From: a phage
NCBI GenBank assembly: GCA_012225525.1
Contig: GCA_012225525.1_3923.1
DNA length: 64,000 nucleotides
Strand: one strand, 5' to 3'
The notes beneath the pieces were generated by a model. The model did no database searches and was not told where the DNA came from. It saw only the letters and a list, made by a program, of their open reading frames with translations. The position numbers and the translations under genes were made by a program. Shown here piece after piece: positions 51,449-60,868 of this stretch. Each line of letters starts with the position of its first letter. Position 1 is the stretch's first letter.

Positions 51449-51739
51449 ATGGCTACTATCAAAAACGTTGTAATTCCTGTAAAAACTCGTGATGACGCTC
51501 GCATCATGGCGAAAAAGTTAGGCGGGAAAGTGGTTGACAACGGAAAACAATCTGCTGTAAGATGGGGTGTGAAGGCTGATAAACAGTTGAAGTTAAAAAA
51601 TTCACCAATAAATCTTTTTACATGTGTAAACACTATCGGAAAGACAAATGTATACACGAAAAAGGCATATATTAGACGCGTAGCCTTAACATCTCCAATT
51701 CGTACAATGAGAGGTTATGCAAAGCTGAAAATTAACTGA
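51449..51739 (+). CDS. small early-type protein 2 (basic)
   Basis: 96 aa behind a type-1 cassette. Confidence 0.6.
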   Translation: MATIKNVVIPVKTRDDARIMAKKLGGKVVDNGKQSAVRWGVKADKQLKLKNSPINLFTCVNTIGKTNVYTKKAYIRRVALTSPIRTMRGYAKLKIN

Positions 51740-51827
51740 TAAAGTACTTTACAAGGGGCTTAAAAGTTGGTATCTTAAGCCCCAGATAAAGAGCTTTACC
51801 ACTCAATCCTAAACTGGAGATTCAAAA

Positions 51828-52124
51828 ATGAAATTACCAAATAAAGTTCGTGAAAATCTAAGCAAATTACTCAACAAAATTGATTTCATTGAAACATCAA
51901 GAAATAGCCATGATGTTATGGAATGGTTACACGGCAAAATAAAAGGTCGTCGTGTAGTGATTTGCTTATGGAATAGTTGCAGGGAGTATAAAAAACCTGT
52001 ATTGCAAGTTAATATCTATGATGATACTCTTAAAAGTCCTGTCAAATCTAAAAGCGATTTACTAGATTCTTATGAGATAACTGTAAATGGCAAAGTGTCA
52101 CGTAAAGAGGAAGCACCATGTTAA
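51828..52124 (+). CDS. small early-type protein 3
   Basis: 98 aa behind a type-1 cassette. Confidence 0.6.
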   Translation: MKLPNKVRENLSKLLNKIDFIETSRNSHDVMEWLHGKIKGRRVVICLWNSCREYKKPVLQVNIYDDTLKSPVKSKSDLLDSYEITVNGKVSRKEEAPC

Positions 52125-52450
52125 TGACTGGTATCACTGCAATCATTGCCATTTTCGCGCTCTATAAGGCATATAAAGCCTATAATCTAGCAAATAAGGC
52201 AATTACACAACAGGTTAGCAATAACCTTGTAATGAGCTTTCTAGAGCGGTTGAGCGATGAACAATTAAAGCGGTTAGAAATGAGCTTCAGATTCAGGGCG
52301 AGAACTTATCAAATCAGCGACATTTTCAAAGATGATTTTCAATTAGTCGATGATTATAATTCTCTGATAAATGCTTTAAATATTAGTGACTTAAAAGACT
52401 ATCATACTGTAATTGTTCAAGAGTTGAGCAAACGAAAACAAAACTGTTGA
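52118..52450 (+). CDS. small membrane protein 4
   Basis: 110 aa, N-terminal TM helix (TGITAIIAIFALY); overlaps previous stop. Confidence 0.5.
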   Translation: MLMTGITAIIAIFALYKAYKAYNLANKAITQQVSNNLVMSFLERLSDEQLKRLEMSFRFRARTYQISDIFKDDFQLVDDYNSLINALNISDLKDYHTVIVQELSKRKQNC

Positions 52451-52540
52451 CACTGGTTTTTAGATAGATTAAATTACACATCAACGGGGAGGGAATGACC
52501 TTCCCCACTAAATAAAGTCCTTAAACTAGGAGATTCTAAA
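52447..52540 (+). promoter_or_regulatory. type-2 intergenic cassette (promoter TTGACA-17-TAAATT, GC hairpin, conserved RBS leader)
   Basis: TTGACActggtttttagatagatTAAATTacacatcaacGGGGAGGGAATGACCTTCCCCactaaataaagtccttaaactaGGAGAttctaaaATG; related copies at 53310, 54556, 55462, 56057, 56389. Confidence 0.7.
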
Positions 52541-52813
52541 ATGTATACTACTAACAATGGCCGCACTTTGAACGTCACACTACGTCACTATGTAGATGGT
52601 GTCATGCACTTTGAAGATTTACAAGCTGAACAACATATCTTAGATTGGCAAGTCGCAGGACTCCAAAAAACTGCTACGGGATACGGTAAAAAGATTCCAA
52701 CTAGTTGGAAAGTTCACTATGAAGGACGTTTGCGCAGAATTTATCAAGATGTGCAAAGCAATAGTGCATCGAGTTACATTATAGTAAAAGGTAAAAAACT
52801 GCATTTAGTGTAA
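52541..52813 (+). CDS. small early-type protein 5
   Basis: 90 aa behind a type-2 cassette. Confidence 0.6.
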   Translation: MYTTNNGRTLNVTLRHYVDGVMHFEDLQAEQHILDWQVAGLQKTATGYGKKIPTSWKVHYEGRLRRIYQDVQSNSASSYIIVKGKKLHLV

Positions 52814-52896
52814 AGTACTTTACAGGGGGTTATCAAGCTGATAAGATAGCCCCAGATAAAGAGCTTTACCACTAATCCTAAATTGGAGATTCAAAA

Positions 52897-53301
52897 ATGG
52901 CTATCAATAATCGTGAATTATCAATCTTAAAAGCACGTTTGACCGTTAATCGAATCAATGTTATCACGTCATCAGCACCGGATGAAACATTGCACAACAT
53001 TATCGGAAAGATTCAAAGCGTTATCTTAGACGTTGAAAACGTAAAAAGTTCATTGGCTGACGTTGCAGCAGGTATCACGCTAGACGGTGCGCAATATGAA
53101 ATGGCTGACATGTTAGGCAAATCAAAGGTAATGAATAAAGAACTTGATTTAAAAATGTTTCGATTTGCCGTGAAAGTATGGCTATCCGTCGAGTATGACG
53201 CTAATTTTGCAATCGCTGATTTCTTCGCCACTTGGTTGCAACGTAATTTGACAAATCATGATTTTCGTGACATCTGCGACGCAATTTATGCAGAACTCTA
53301 A
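52897..53301 (+). CDS. small early-type protein 6
   Basis: 134 aa behind a type-1 cassette. Confidence 0.6.
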   Translation: MAINNRELSILKARLTVNRINVITSSAPDETLHNIIGKIQSVILDVENVKSSLADVAAGITLDGAQYEMADMLGKSKVMNKELDLKMFRFAVKVWLSVEYDANFAIADFFATWLQRNLTNHDFRDICDAIYAEL

Positions 53302-53402
53302 AAATTTTATTGACACTGATTTTTAGATAGATTAAATTACACATCAACGGGGAGGGAATGACCTTCCCCACTAAGTAAAGTCCTTAAACTAGGAGATTCA
53401 AA

Positions 53403-53600
53403 ATGGCTATTATCAACGGTTTAACCATTGAAACCACGCACATCAAAGACATTAAAGTTGGTGATGTAGTTCTTTCCCACGGCGTAGAAAAAACAGTCAC
53501 TGCAAAGGATATCAAAGATGATTCTTTCATGGGTAGAACTCTCTTCGGTGATTCTTATTGCTTAGGTTATCTTGCAGTTTTAAAAGTTGTCAAAAATTAA
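53403..53600 (+). CDS. small early-type protein 7
   Basis: 65 aa behind a type-2 cassette with TTGACA-17-TAAATT promoter at 53310-53338. Confidence 0.55.
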   Translation: MAIINGLTIETTHIKDIKVGDVVLSHGVEKTVTAKDIKDDSFMGRTLFGDSYCLGYLAVLKVVKN

Positions 53601-53693
53601 CTGATAAAGTACTTTACAAGGGGCTTATAGTTCGATAAAGTAAGCCCCAGATAAAGAGCTTTACCACTAAATCCTTAAACTAGGAGATTCAAA

Positions 53694-54236
53694 ATGAAAT
53701 GCTTTCACGGTACTACTCAAGAAAACTTTATCAACCTGATTAATAACGGTGATAAACCATCAGGTGTATGGAATTGTTCGGATATGGACGGCAATTTTTA
53801 CGTGTACCCAGAAAATAAACTCTATGGTGATGATGAGGAAGAGATAGCATCGGAAGGTATCCAGCAAGCTCTAGGAAATGCCACTATCACGGCAGCTTTT
53901 CAGATGAAAACTCAAAATATTGTTATCTTAGAACTTGACATTCCAGAGGATGAGCTAAATGATGATTATTCTTGTGATAACATGTCAAATATAGCAAGCT
54001 TTACAGAGTACTTTGATGTAAATTGGATTAAAAAGGTCTATACAACAGAGTTCAACGCTATGTATTCACCTTTTTGTCTCCCTTCACTGGATAACCCAAA
54101 TTTAAATTATCTTGATGAAACATTGGAGCTACTTGCTAAAAGTATCCAACAATCCGACAGTATTCAGGTTTTTTGTGACATCATGGATACACTGACAGAA
54201 AACATTGTAGAGAGTGATTTAAAGGTCTTTTTCTAA
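53694..54236 (+). CDS. acidic protein 8
   Basis: 180 aa, rich in Asp/Glu (DDEEEI, IPEDELNDDYSCDNM); behind a type-1 cassette. Confidence 0.6.
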   Translation: MKCFHGTTQENFINLINNGDKPSGVWNCSDMDGNFYVYPENKLYGDDEEEIASEGIQQALGNATITAAFQMKTQNIVILELDIPEDELNDDYSCDNMSNIASFTEYFDVNWIKKVYTTEFNAMYSPFCLPSLDNPNLNYLDETLELLAKSIQQSDSIQVFCDIMDTLTENIVESDLKVFF

Positions 54237-54302
54237 AAACCTATACATTCACCTTATAAACACTGATTAACCCCTTACAGGGGCTTTTAGAGGGCTTAAA
54301 TC

Positions 54303-54536
54303 ATGCTTACAACCATTTATCTCATCCTTTCCATTTGTAACGGCCATTCATGTGACTTTAAAGGGCTTGAAGAGTTTACAGGAAGTAAAGAAAATGCTAT
54401 TCAAGTTTGCCAGATAGCAAGACAAGACTACCCCGCCAGTGATGATATACAATGTTACTTTAAGACAGAAGATGACGAAGGAATCTATTTCGACAGTGTC
54501 GATGGTCAATATGAAATTATCATTGAAAAAGACTAG
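54303..54536 (+). CDS. small acidic protein 9
   Basis: 77 aa; own short leader with a GGGGCTTTTAGAGGGCTT stretch upstream. Confidence 0.5.
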   Translation: MLTTIYLILSICNGHSCDFKGLEEFTGSKENAIQVCQIARQDYPASDDIQCYFKTEDDEGIYFDSVDGQYEIIIEKD

Positions 54537-54629
54537 ACAAGCCTGATAAAAGTCTGTAAATTATCAATCAACGGGGAGGGAATGACCTTCCCCACTAAGT
54601 AAAGTCCTTAAACTAGGAGATTCCAAAAA

Positions 54630-54878
54630 ATGTATACTAAAACTCAACTAAAAAACATGGTTAGCAATGGCTTAATGGATGAAGTCTATAAAGAGTGTAG
54701 ACGCTACGGGGAAATTAAGGATAAGACTAGTTATGAGTATACCCACACAATAGACTTTAAAACCAATGAGAAGAGGACTGACCTTGTTACTGTAGTAGTG
54801 ATTGAGTATAAACGAATTATTTGGACCTTTGAGCTAGTAAAAGGTGAGTGCACAGAGATAGAATATAAAGACGCTTAA
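54630..54878 (+). CDS. small early-type protein 10
   Basis: 82 aa behind a type-2 cassette. Confidence 0.6.
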   Translation: MYTKTQLKNMVSNGLMDEVYKECRRYGEIKDKTSYEYTHTIDFKTNEKRTDLVTVVVIEYKRIIWTFELVKGECTEIEYKDA

Positions 54879-54963
54879 AGTACTTTACATGGGGCTTATT
54901 AGTCTGTATAGTAAGCCCCAGATAAAGAGCTTTACCACTCAATCCTAAACTGGAGATTCTAAA

Positions 54964-55305
54964 ATGGCTTATGTAACCGTAATTACCGATAAAGCTGGCT
55001 CATCTTGGTCAACTCAAGTAAGTGATAAGATGTCACCTATGCAGTGCCTAAAATACTTTGAACAGTGGAACAAAGGCGAGGGTGTAAGCCCCTTTCAAGT
55101 GATGCAAATCATCCATACAGATAACGAAGGGAATAAAACGACCTTGAACAGTGAATACTACGCAAGCCGTTTTGAAACGAGAAGTAAAACAATGAAGCTT
55201 TTACGTGAATCCGGTTATGCACATATTGCCGCTTTAATCTGGGATGACCTGCTAAAAAGTCAGCGTATCAGCTATGTAAAACCTGAAAAAATATTCATCA
55301 GTTAA
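54964..55305 (+). CDS. small early-type protein 11
   Basis: 113 aa behind a type-1 cassette. Confidence 0.6.
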   Translation: MAYVTVITDKAGSSWSTQVSDKMSPMQCLKYFEQWNKGEGVSPFQVMQIIHTDNEGNKTTLNSEYYASRFETRSKTMKLLRESGYAHIAALIWDDLLKSQRISYVKPEKIFIS

Positions 55306-55433
55306 TCAATAACTTATAAAAAACTTTTAAAAAAGTGTTGACAATACCCATTGACATTGGTAACTTTGTTCGAGGGGGTTATCTAAAAGGGATTCACTTA
55401 ATAGATTCTTTATAGATAAACTTAAAAAATTGC

Positions 55434-55462
55434 TTGCAAAGGCAAATCAAAACAAGTATAGT
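55434..55462 (+). promoter_or_regulatory. sigma70-like promoter
   Basis: TTGCAA, 17-nt spacer, TATAGT, just upstream of a type-2 hairpin/RBS leader; further TTGACA motifs at 55338 and 55351. Confidence 0.55.
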
Positions 55463-55526
55463 ACTAATCAACGGGGAGGGAATGACCTTCCCCACTAAGT
55501 AAAGTCCTTAAACTAGGAGATTCAAA

Positions 55527-56057
55527 ATGAACAAGTTTCAAGCTATCAACTACATTCGCTCATCTAACGTTATGACTAAACCCGTTAAAGATACCTTCGA
55601 ATTTCGTTGCAACGGTGTACACTTTGCAACTATCACTAAATCAGAAAACGGGGCTTATTATATACATCGTCGTAATGTTTCTACTGTTGTAGTATCTCAC
55701 TTTATGCAAGCTGTAGCAGAACTGTTACCGCTATTCTTAGGTATTTACTTAGATGAGTGTAAAAACGTTCGCAACCACGTTAAAGACCTTTTAAATGGTT
55801 ATAAAATGGCTTATGAACGTTCTATCAAGAATCTTAACAAGTTCTATAAAGCCCCTGAAAACACCGTATCAATAGCTTATGATGTAAGCGGTGAAATGGT
55901 CAACCTCTCCAATGTAGAACAAATTGGCCTTTATGATTTACGTCCTAGCGGTTATTCTAAGACTCTCGGTGAAGGCTTATCCTTCAATATCAAGAACTTA
56001 GAAAAAACTTTAAAAGATATTGAAAAAGATATTGACGAGACAATCAAAAGTCTGTAA
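55527..56057 (+). CDS. early-type protein 12
   Basis: 176 aa behind a type-2 cassette. Confidence 0.6.
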   Translation: MNKFQAINYIRSSNVMTKPVKDTFEFRCNGVHFATITKSENGAYYIHRRNVSTVVVSHFMQAVAELLPLFLGIYLDECKNVRNHVKDLLNGYKMAYERSIKNLNKFYKAPENTVSIAYDVSGEMVNLSNVEQIGLYDLRPSGYSKTLGEGLSFNIKNLEKTLKDIEKDIDETIKSL

Positions 56058-56124
56058 ATTGTCAATCAACGGGGAGGGATTAACCTTCCCACTAAGTAAA
56101 GTCCTTAAACTAGGAGATTCAAAA

Positions 56125-56388
56125 ATGGAAAACGTAGAATTAACCACACTTTTACAAATTGCAACCGACAAAGAAGATGTAGCATTATTCCACCGTATCG
56201 AAAGCGATTTGTTCAATGGTGAAATCATTAAAGAATCTTACGAAGTTGTCGGATTCAAAGATGGTAAAGCATTTGGCTTTTTTGACCTCGACAAAAGCAA
56301 AGCGGTTACAATGTACGATGTTCTATCTTGTGAAATTCTGACAAAATACAACGAAAAAAGGCTTGCAACCTACGCCAATATGCAGTAA
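56125..56388 (+). CDS. small early-type protein 13
   Basis: Start at ATG 56125 (MENVELTT...) after conserved leader; the ORF-track start at 56020 reads through the cassette and is unlikely. Confidence 0.55.
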   Translation: MENVELTTLLQIATDKEDVALFHRIESDLFNGEIIKESYEVVGFKDGKAFGFFDLDKSKAVTMYDVLSCEILTKYNEKRLATYANMQ

Positions 56389-56455
56389 ATTACTAATCAA
56401 CGGGGAGGGAATGACCTTCCCACTAAACAAAGTCCTAAACTGGAGAATCTAAATT

Positions 56456-56704
56456 ATGTCAACTATCCGCGTAACTGTTAATGCTTATGGCTGCCACCAA
56501 CTTGATGCAAAATTCGATATCGGTGGAACAGATAACACCTTTGACCTTATCAAAATGCTGATTCAGCAGGTGATACCAGATTATAACCCTACTGATGACT
56601 TCTGGAAAGATGCCGTAAAAGAAGCCATAAACGAGGAATCTCACTACCATTATTGGGGTGACTTGATTATCTCTCTGTACTACAGCAAACAAGGTTACAA
56701 CTAA
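56456..56704 (+). CDS. small early-type protein 14
   Basis: 82 aa behind a variant type-2 cassette. Confidence 0.55.
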   Translation: MSTIRVTVNAYGCHQLDAKFDIGGTDNTFDLIKMLIQQVIPDYNPTDDFWKDAVKEAINEESHYHYWGDLIISLYYSKQGYN

Positions 56705-56712
56705 TCGACGCA

Positions 56713-56770
56713 ACGGGGCTAAATAGCCCCAGATACCTGAAAAGCTCCTTCTCATAGGGGCTTTTTTACG
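56713..56770 (+). terminator. putative terminator at end of small-gene array
   Basis: GGGGCTaaatAGCCCC hairpin, then CATAGGGGCTTTTTTACG. Confidence 0.45.
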
Positions 56771-58340
56771 TCTATAAAGAGACTCTATACAATCCCTTTC
56801 CTTTCCTTCCTAGAATCTATCCCGTACCTTAAAAGCAATAACTCTATAGGTTATTCTATAGCCCCTTATCAAATCAACTTAAATAAAAGCCAATAACCCC
56901 AGAAAGGGGATGGCCCATTAAAACGCTCTATAAAGCTCTATAACAGCCTTATCAACCTAACTTAAGCAATCATATTAACCCACTCTAAAAAGCCCTTTAT
57001 AGAGCTTCCCAGAGCCTTAAAAGAATCTTATAAGGGTGTAAGTTTATAGGCTGGCTAGTATCTTGTGAATAACTAAACAATCCCCTTGATAGTCACTAAA
57101 AAGCATGTTATAGGGGGTATAAAGTTACTTCAAAGTAACGTAAAAAAGGCTATAAAGTTACGTAAATGCTAGCCCCCTTAACATTTTCTTAACAATTTCT
57201 TAACAATCCCTACATAGTTATGCTTGTTAGCCCCTTGTTAAATCTCTGTTAAGACCACGTAAAAGCCTTGTAAGAGTCTTTGACATAGCCTTAAAAGCTC
57301 CTGTAAAGCCCTATAAAGAGGTGTCTGTATAGTTGGGGTGTAATTACTAGGAAGAGACTTAAAAGAGCTTACAAGGAGCTATAGAGAGCTTTTAAGAGGT
57401 ATGTTTAAGAGTTCACTAAGAAAGGAAGGGAACGATAAGAAAAGAGATAGTGACCATGTTAATAGCTTGTTAAAAAGATTAAACACTTGTTAGGAACTTG
57501 TTAATTATCTTAATTGGTATTGTTACCAATCCCTACAAAATAACTCTTTAAAATTAACTTGTTAGCTCTTGTTAGTCATCTGTTAAGCCTCTGTAAAGAC
57601 TATTCAGCACTTGTTAGAAAACTGTTAAGCCCTTGTTAGTTCTGTTAAGAAACTGTTAAGACCTTTGAAGAGATGTTAAGAGCTTGAGAGAGTTGTTAAG
57701 AGATTGTTAAGGATATTTTAAAATTTTGCAAAGTACTTGTAAGGGAGCTGTTAAGGGCTACCAAGCAGATATACATCTTCTACAGATATTTTTCAGTCCC
57801 TTCAAAGACCCTAAAAAATGACTTGATAGTCCTATTTTATAAAAATTTTAAAATTCTGAATAATTACCTAGACAGTCTTTTAAAAATACAGGTAGAAACA
57901 GGCTTATAAGATACCTTGTTAGTACCGTGTTAGACCTTGTGAGATAAGGTCTGTAAAGATATTCCTGTTAAGTTTGTTAAAACAGTCTATATAGAGGCTT
58001 AGTAGTGCCTAGTGAACACCTATAGAGGGTAACATAGCTAACCTAGAGATTAAGAGGTGTATAGGAGCTTCTAAGAGGGTGTAGAGAGATGGTTAAGGTG
58101 ATTGTATAGGTTGTTAAGAAGGCTTGTTAGAAGAGTGTTTAGAAGGGCTATACAGAGGGGCTATTAAGACCACTAGATAGATACTAAGATACTATATAGT
58201 ACTATATAACTATATAGAGAGTAAGATTAAGAAGGTTGTTAAGAAGGGTAGATATTTTATTCACATATGATGGTGACCCAGCGGTTGGGACAACCGATAA
58301 ATTTTATAAAAATTAAAAAGCCCCCGATTAAGGAGGCTCT
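56770..58340. repeat. 1.6 kb ORF-free region dense in short degenerate direct repeats (CTATAAAG/CTATAGAG family, then TGTTAAG/TGTTAG family)
   Basis: No ORF of 60 aa or more on either strand; at least 12 exact TGTTAAG plus many TGTTAG/TGTAAAG variants clustered at 57200-58260; CTATAAAG/CTATAGAG words at 56770-57420; lies between convergently transcribed blocks. Confidence 0.8.
58314..58340 (-). terminator. putative terminator (minus strand)
   Basis: On the minus strand GAGCCTCC...GGGGGCTT hairpin followed by TTTTTAATTTTT. Confidence 0.4.
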
Positions 58341-58349
58341 TAAGATATT

Positions 58350-58943
58350 TTAAATCAGTGTTTCCAGAACTGTTTTCAATGATGACTTGGTTGTCTGATA
58401 AAAATGAGTAAATCCATTGTTATTATCGAATACCTGCATCATGATATCATCTCCCTTGATTGGGTACACTCGGATATCATAGTGAAAACCATTAAAGACA
58501 CAAGAGCCATTACAGAATGCACTAAAGTCATCCACTGAGATATACTCTTCATGTCCTGTGATTTTTATACAAACACCTTTACTCGGTCTCTTAGGGTTGA
58601 TATCTTCCATCACAGACATACTCTGTCCACCAAGAGACACCATAGTGACCACTTTACGGTTCTTCTGTTTAAAGTACATCTTAACTTTCTGCAAAGTGTC
58701 TTCATAGAACGGATAAGACTTCTCTACAAATATTCCTTCAAGTGGCTCTTTACCATTTTCAACTTCTCTGGTATGTCGTACTGCAAAGATAATTTGTTGG
58801 AACCAGTCAAGATTTTCTTCGGAGAGTGCTTCTCGAACATCACTCCAGTCAAGGACTAGATAGTTACCTTCAACTTCTTTTAAGTTATCTTTTTCCATAT
58901 CTATCACACCATTATCGTAAAACTTGATATTCTGGTACTGCAA
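58350..58943 (-). CDS. hypothetical protein
   Basis: 197 aa ORF, last gene of minus-strand block. Confidence 0.5.
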   Translation of the reverse strand: MQYQNIKFYDNGVIDMEKDNLKEVEGNYLVLDWSDVREALSEENLDWFQQIIFAVRHTREVENGKEPLEGIFVEKSYPFYEDTLQKVKMYFKQKNRKVVTMVSLGGQSMSVMEDINPKRPSKGVCIKITGHEEYISVDDFSAFCNGSCVFNGFHYDIRVYPIKGDDIMMQVFDNNNGFTHFYQTTKSSLKTVLETLI

Positions 58944-59376
58944 ACTTGTTGCTATTGTTCCTAATAAGGTCTTCTTCTGTTACTAAGAATGTAATCCCAC
59001 ATAAGTGCGTATAGTGGCTGTCATACTCGAATATTTTAAGTAAGTATTTACCATCATGATAAACAGATTCTACTACACCTTTTGCAACAATCTTTCCAGT
59101 CTTGAAGTCTTTAAGAGGGTATGTATTACCAACTTTAGGGACTGTTTTCACTTCAGGTTCTTTTAGCTTCTCACTAGCTTCTACATCACCTAGTAAGTTA
59201 GAACTTTCAAAAGCTCTGAATCTCATATAAGCTTCTGAACATTCCCAGATAAAACAATGTACAAGAACCTTAGCAGCATGTCTTGAGCAATTCAACTCAT
59301 CACAGATTTCTTTGTACATTTCATCTTTAGTTGAATTGGTAAGCATTGCTTTTCGAACTGTTTCTTTAATTTTCAT
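58912..59376 (-). CDS. hypothetical protein
   Basis: 154 aa ORF. Confidence 0.45.
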   Translation of the reverse strand: MKIKETVRKAMLTNSTKDEMYKEICDELNCSRHAAKVLVHCFIWECSEAYMRFRAFESSNLLGDVEASEKLKEPEVKTVPKVGNTYPLKDFKTGKIVAKGVVESVYHDGKYLLKIFEYDSHYTHLCGITFLVTEEDLIRNNSNKFAVPEYQVLR

Positions 59377-59794
59377 AAGCTCTCCGAATAACCCTATTAA
59401 GCATCTCTAAAGTCAGCTTTCCAGACTCTAAATGTGGCATAACAAGCTTTAAAGCTTTTTCAACATCATGCACAACATCTATTATACCTTCTTCATAGGC
59501 TTCTACAAGGATATCTTTTACGTTTTGTTGGTTATCTTTTTGTGGTATTGCTAGACGCATATTAAACTCATTTGCTTGAGGGTGGTCACTACCACGCCAG
59601 TAACCATCTTTGTTAAAGCTGATGTAGTCACCGTGGTAAAAGTGTACACCATTAGCTTTAAACTTCTCCAGCACAAGGCATTGAATTGGGTATTCAGTAT
59701 TCCACTCCCTGACTCCTATAACCTTCACTGTTGCGATGTACTCCTGTGTTTTTGCATCTATGATGTCAAGTTCTTGACCAGCTATGATTTGCAT
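59366..59794 (-). CDS. hypothetical protein
   Basis: 142 aa ORF. Confidence 0.45.
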   Translation of the reverse strand: MQIIAGQELDIIDAKTQEYIATVKVIGVREWNTEYPIQCLVLEKFKANGVHFYHGDYISFNKDGYWRGSDHPQANEFNMRLAIPQKDNQQNVKDILVEAYEEGIIDVVHDVEKALKLVMPHLESGKLTLEMLNRVIRRAYEN

Positions 59795-59848
59795 ATTCGC
59801 TACCTTCTAAGTTTCTACAAAGGGGCTATCAAGTAACCCCTCAAGTTA

Positions 59849-60073
59849 TTACTCAGACTTTTCAGTCTTCTTGTCGGATTTCTTACTAGTCTTCTTCTCA
59901 GCTTTCTGCTCAGGCTCCTTCTCAGAAGTTGCCTTAATAACCATATCAAGAAGCTCTGATAAGTCACTCTTCAGTAAAGTAACAGGCTGCTCATTGTAGA
60001 AGTTTTTGTCAAGATAGACTTTGAACTCTTCAATAGATGGAAATCCAAAAATTGGTACAGGTGTCTTAATCAT
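59849..60073 (-). CDS. hypothetical small protein
   Basis: 74 aa, lysine-rich C-terminus. Confidence 0.4.
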   Translation of the reverse strand: MIKTPVPIFGFPSIEEFKVYLDKNFYNEQPVTLLKSDLSELLDMVIKATSEKEPEQKAEKKTSKKSDKKTEKSE

Positions 60074-60149
60074 TACTTAGTTTCTCCATAAGCATCTTTC
60101 AAGATTGCCTTGTTAATCATTTCAGCGATTGCAAAACGAACACATACAG

Positions 60150-60683
60150 CTATAATTGTAGGTTGCATTCTTTACTTACCTCTTCAAGTTTAACCTCAGA
60201 GTCCTTAAGTCGTTTCTTATGAACTCTGAATCTCATTAGTGAGATGATGATACCAACTAAAGGGACAGCATACAAGTACCAAACATCATATACCTTTGCA
60301 GTAATCTGTGCAATTGTCAAATCTTGAGCTATGCAGCTAATTACTGATACTGCCAGTAACGTTGCTAAGAAGAAAGCCAGTATCATAACAATATTCAGAC
60401 AACCTCTGGCATGGTATTCATGCTTAATGCACTTATTCTTTTCGTCAACAACCCTGTTGTAGTCGTTTGTAAAGTCTCTGTAGAAAGCTTTCAAGTATTC
60501 TTGAGTGTAGCCTTCAAAGCAACCTGTACCATACCAATAATCACCACCAAAATGTGCTATGATACCGGTATCTCCATTTGGTTTGGTTACTCTTAAAGAG
60601 ACATGATGACCAGTCTTCTGGTAATCTATCTTATATCTTTCTTCGTAAATCATTTTCCAACCCCTCTCAATCTCTTGTTCCAT
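60150..60683 (-). CDS. membrane protein
   Basis: 177 aa with two predicted TM helices in the C-terminal half (IVMILAFFLATLLAVSVISCIA; VWYLYAVPLVGIIISL). Confidence 0.5.
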   Translation of the reverse strand: MEQEIERGWKMIYEERYKIDYQKTGHHVSLRVTKPNGDTGIIAHFGGDYWYGTGCFEGYTQEYLKAFYRDFTNDYNRVVDEKNKCIKHEYHARGCLNIVMILAFFLATLLAVSVISCIAQDLTIAQITAKVYDVWYLYAVPLVGIIISLMRFRVHKKRLKDSEVKLEEVSKECNLQL

Positions 60684-60868
60684 TCAAGGTCAACAAATCT
60701 TTGCAGAACTTTTCCTCTAGGTGTTACACCTTTTAAATCTGCATCGTAACAATGGTAAAAATCACCTTCAGCGTGTTTACCATAGCATTTTCTGATATTC
60801 TGGCTTCTGCGATACTGTTCTAACAAGGACAGTTTGTAGTAATCTTCAACTGTAGTTAGTTTTTTCAT
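60650..60868 (-). CDS. hypothetical small protein
   Basis: 72 aa ORF. Confidence 0.4.
   Translation of the reverse strand: MKKLTTVEDYYKLSLLEQYRRSQNIRKCYGKHAEGDFYHCYDADLKGVTPRGKVLQRFVDLEWNKRLRGVGK

Noticed and set aside
56020-56124. Upstream extension of ORF 56020-56388
   Set aside because: The extension reads through the conserved hairpin/RBS cassette; the ATG at 56125 with the conserved leader is the credible start.
56770-58340. Possible CRISPR array in the repeat-dense ORF-free region
   Set aside because: Repeats are only 7-9 nt, degenerate and irregularly spaced; there are no 25-40 nt direct repeats with unique spacers of constant length and no cas genes.
50470-58340. tRNA genes in the intergenic and ORF-free regions
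   Set aside because: No cloverleaf candidates by eye: no GTTCRANYC T-loop with matching acceptor and anticodon stems; the GC hairpins here are simple stem-loops inside repeated cassettes.
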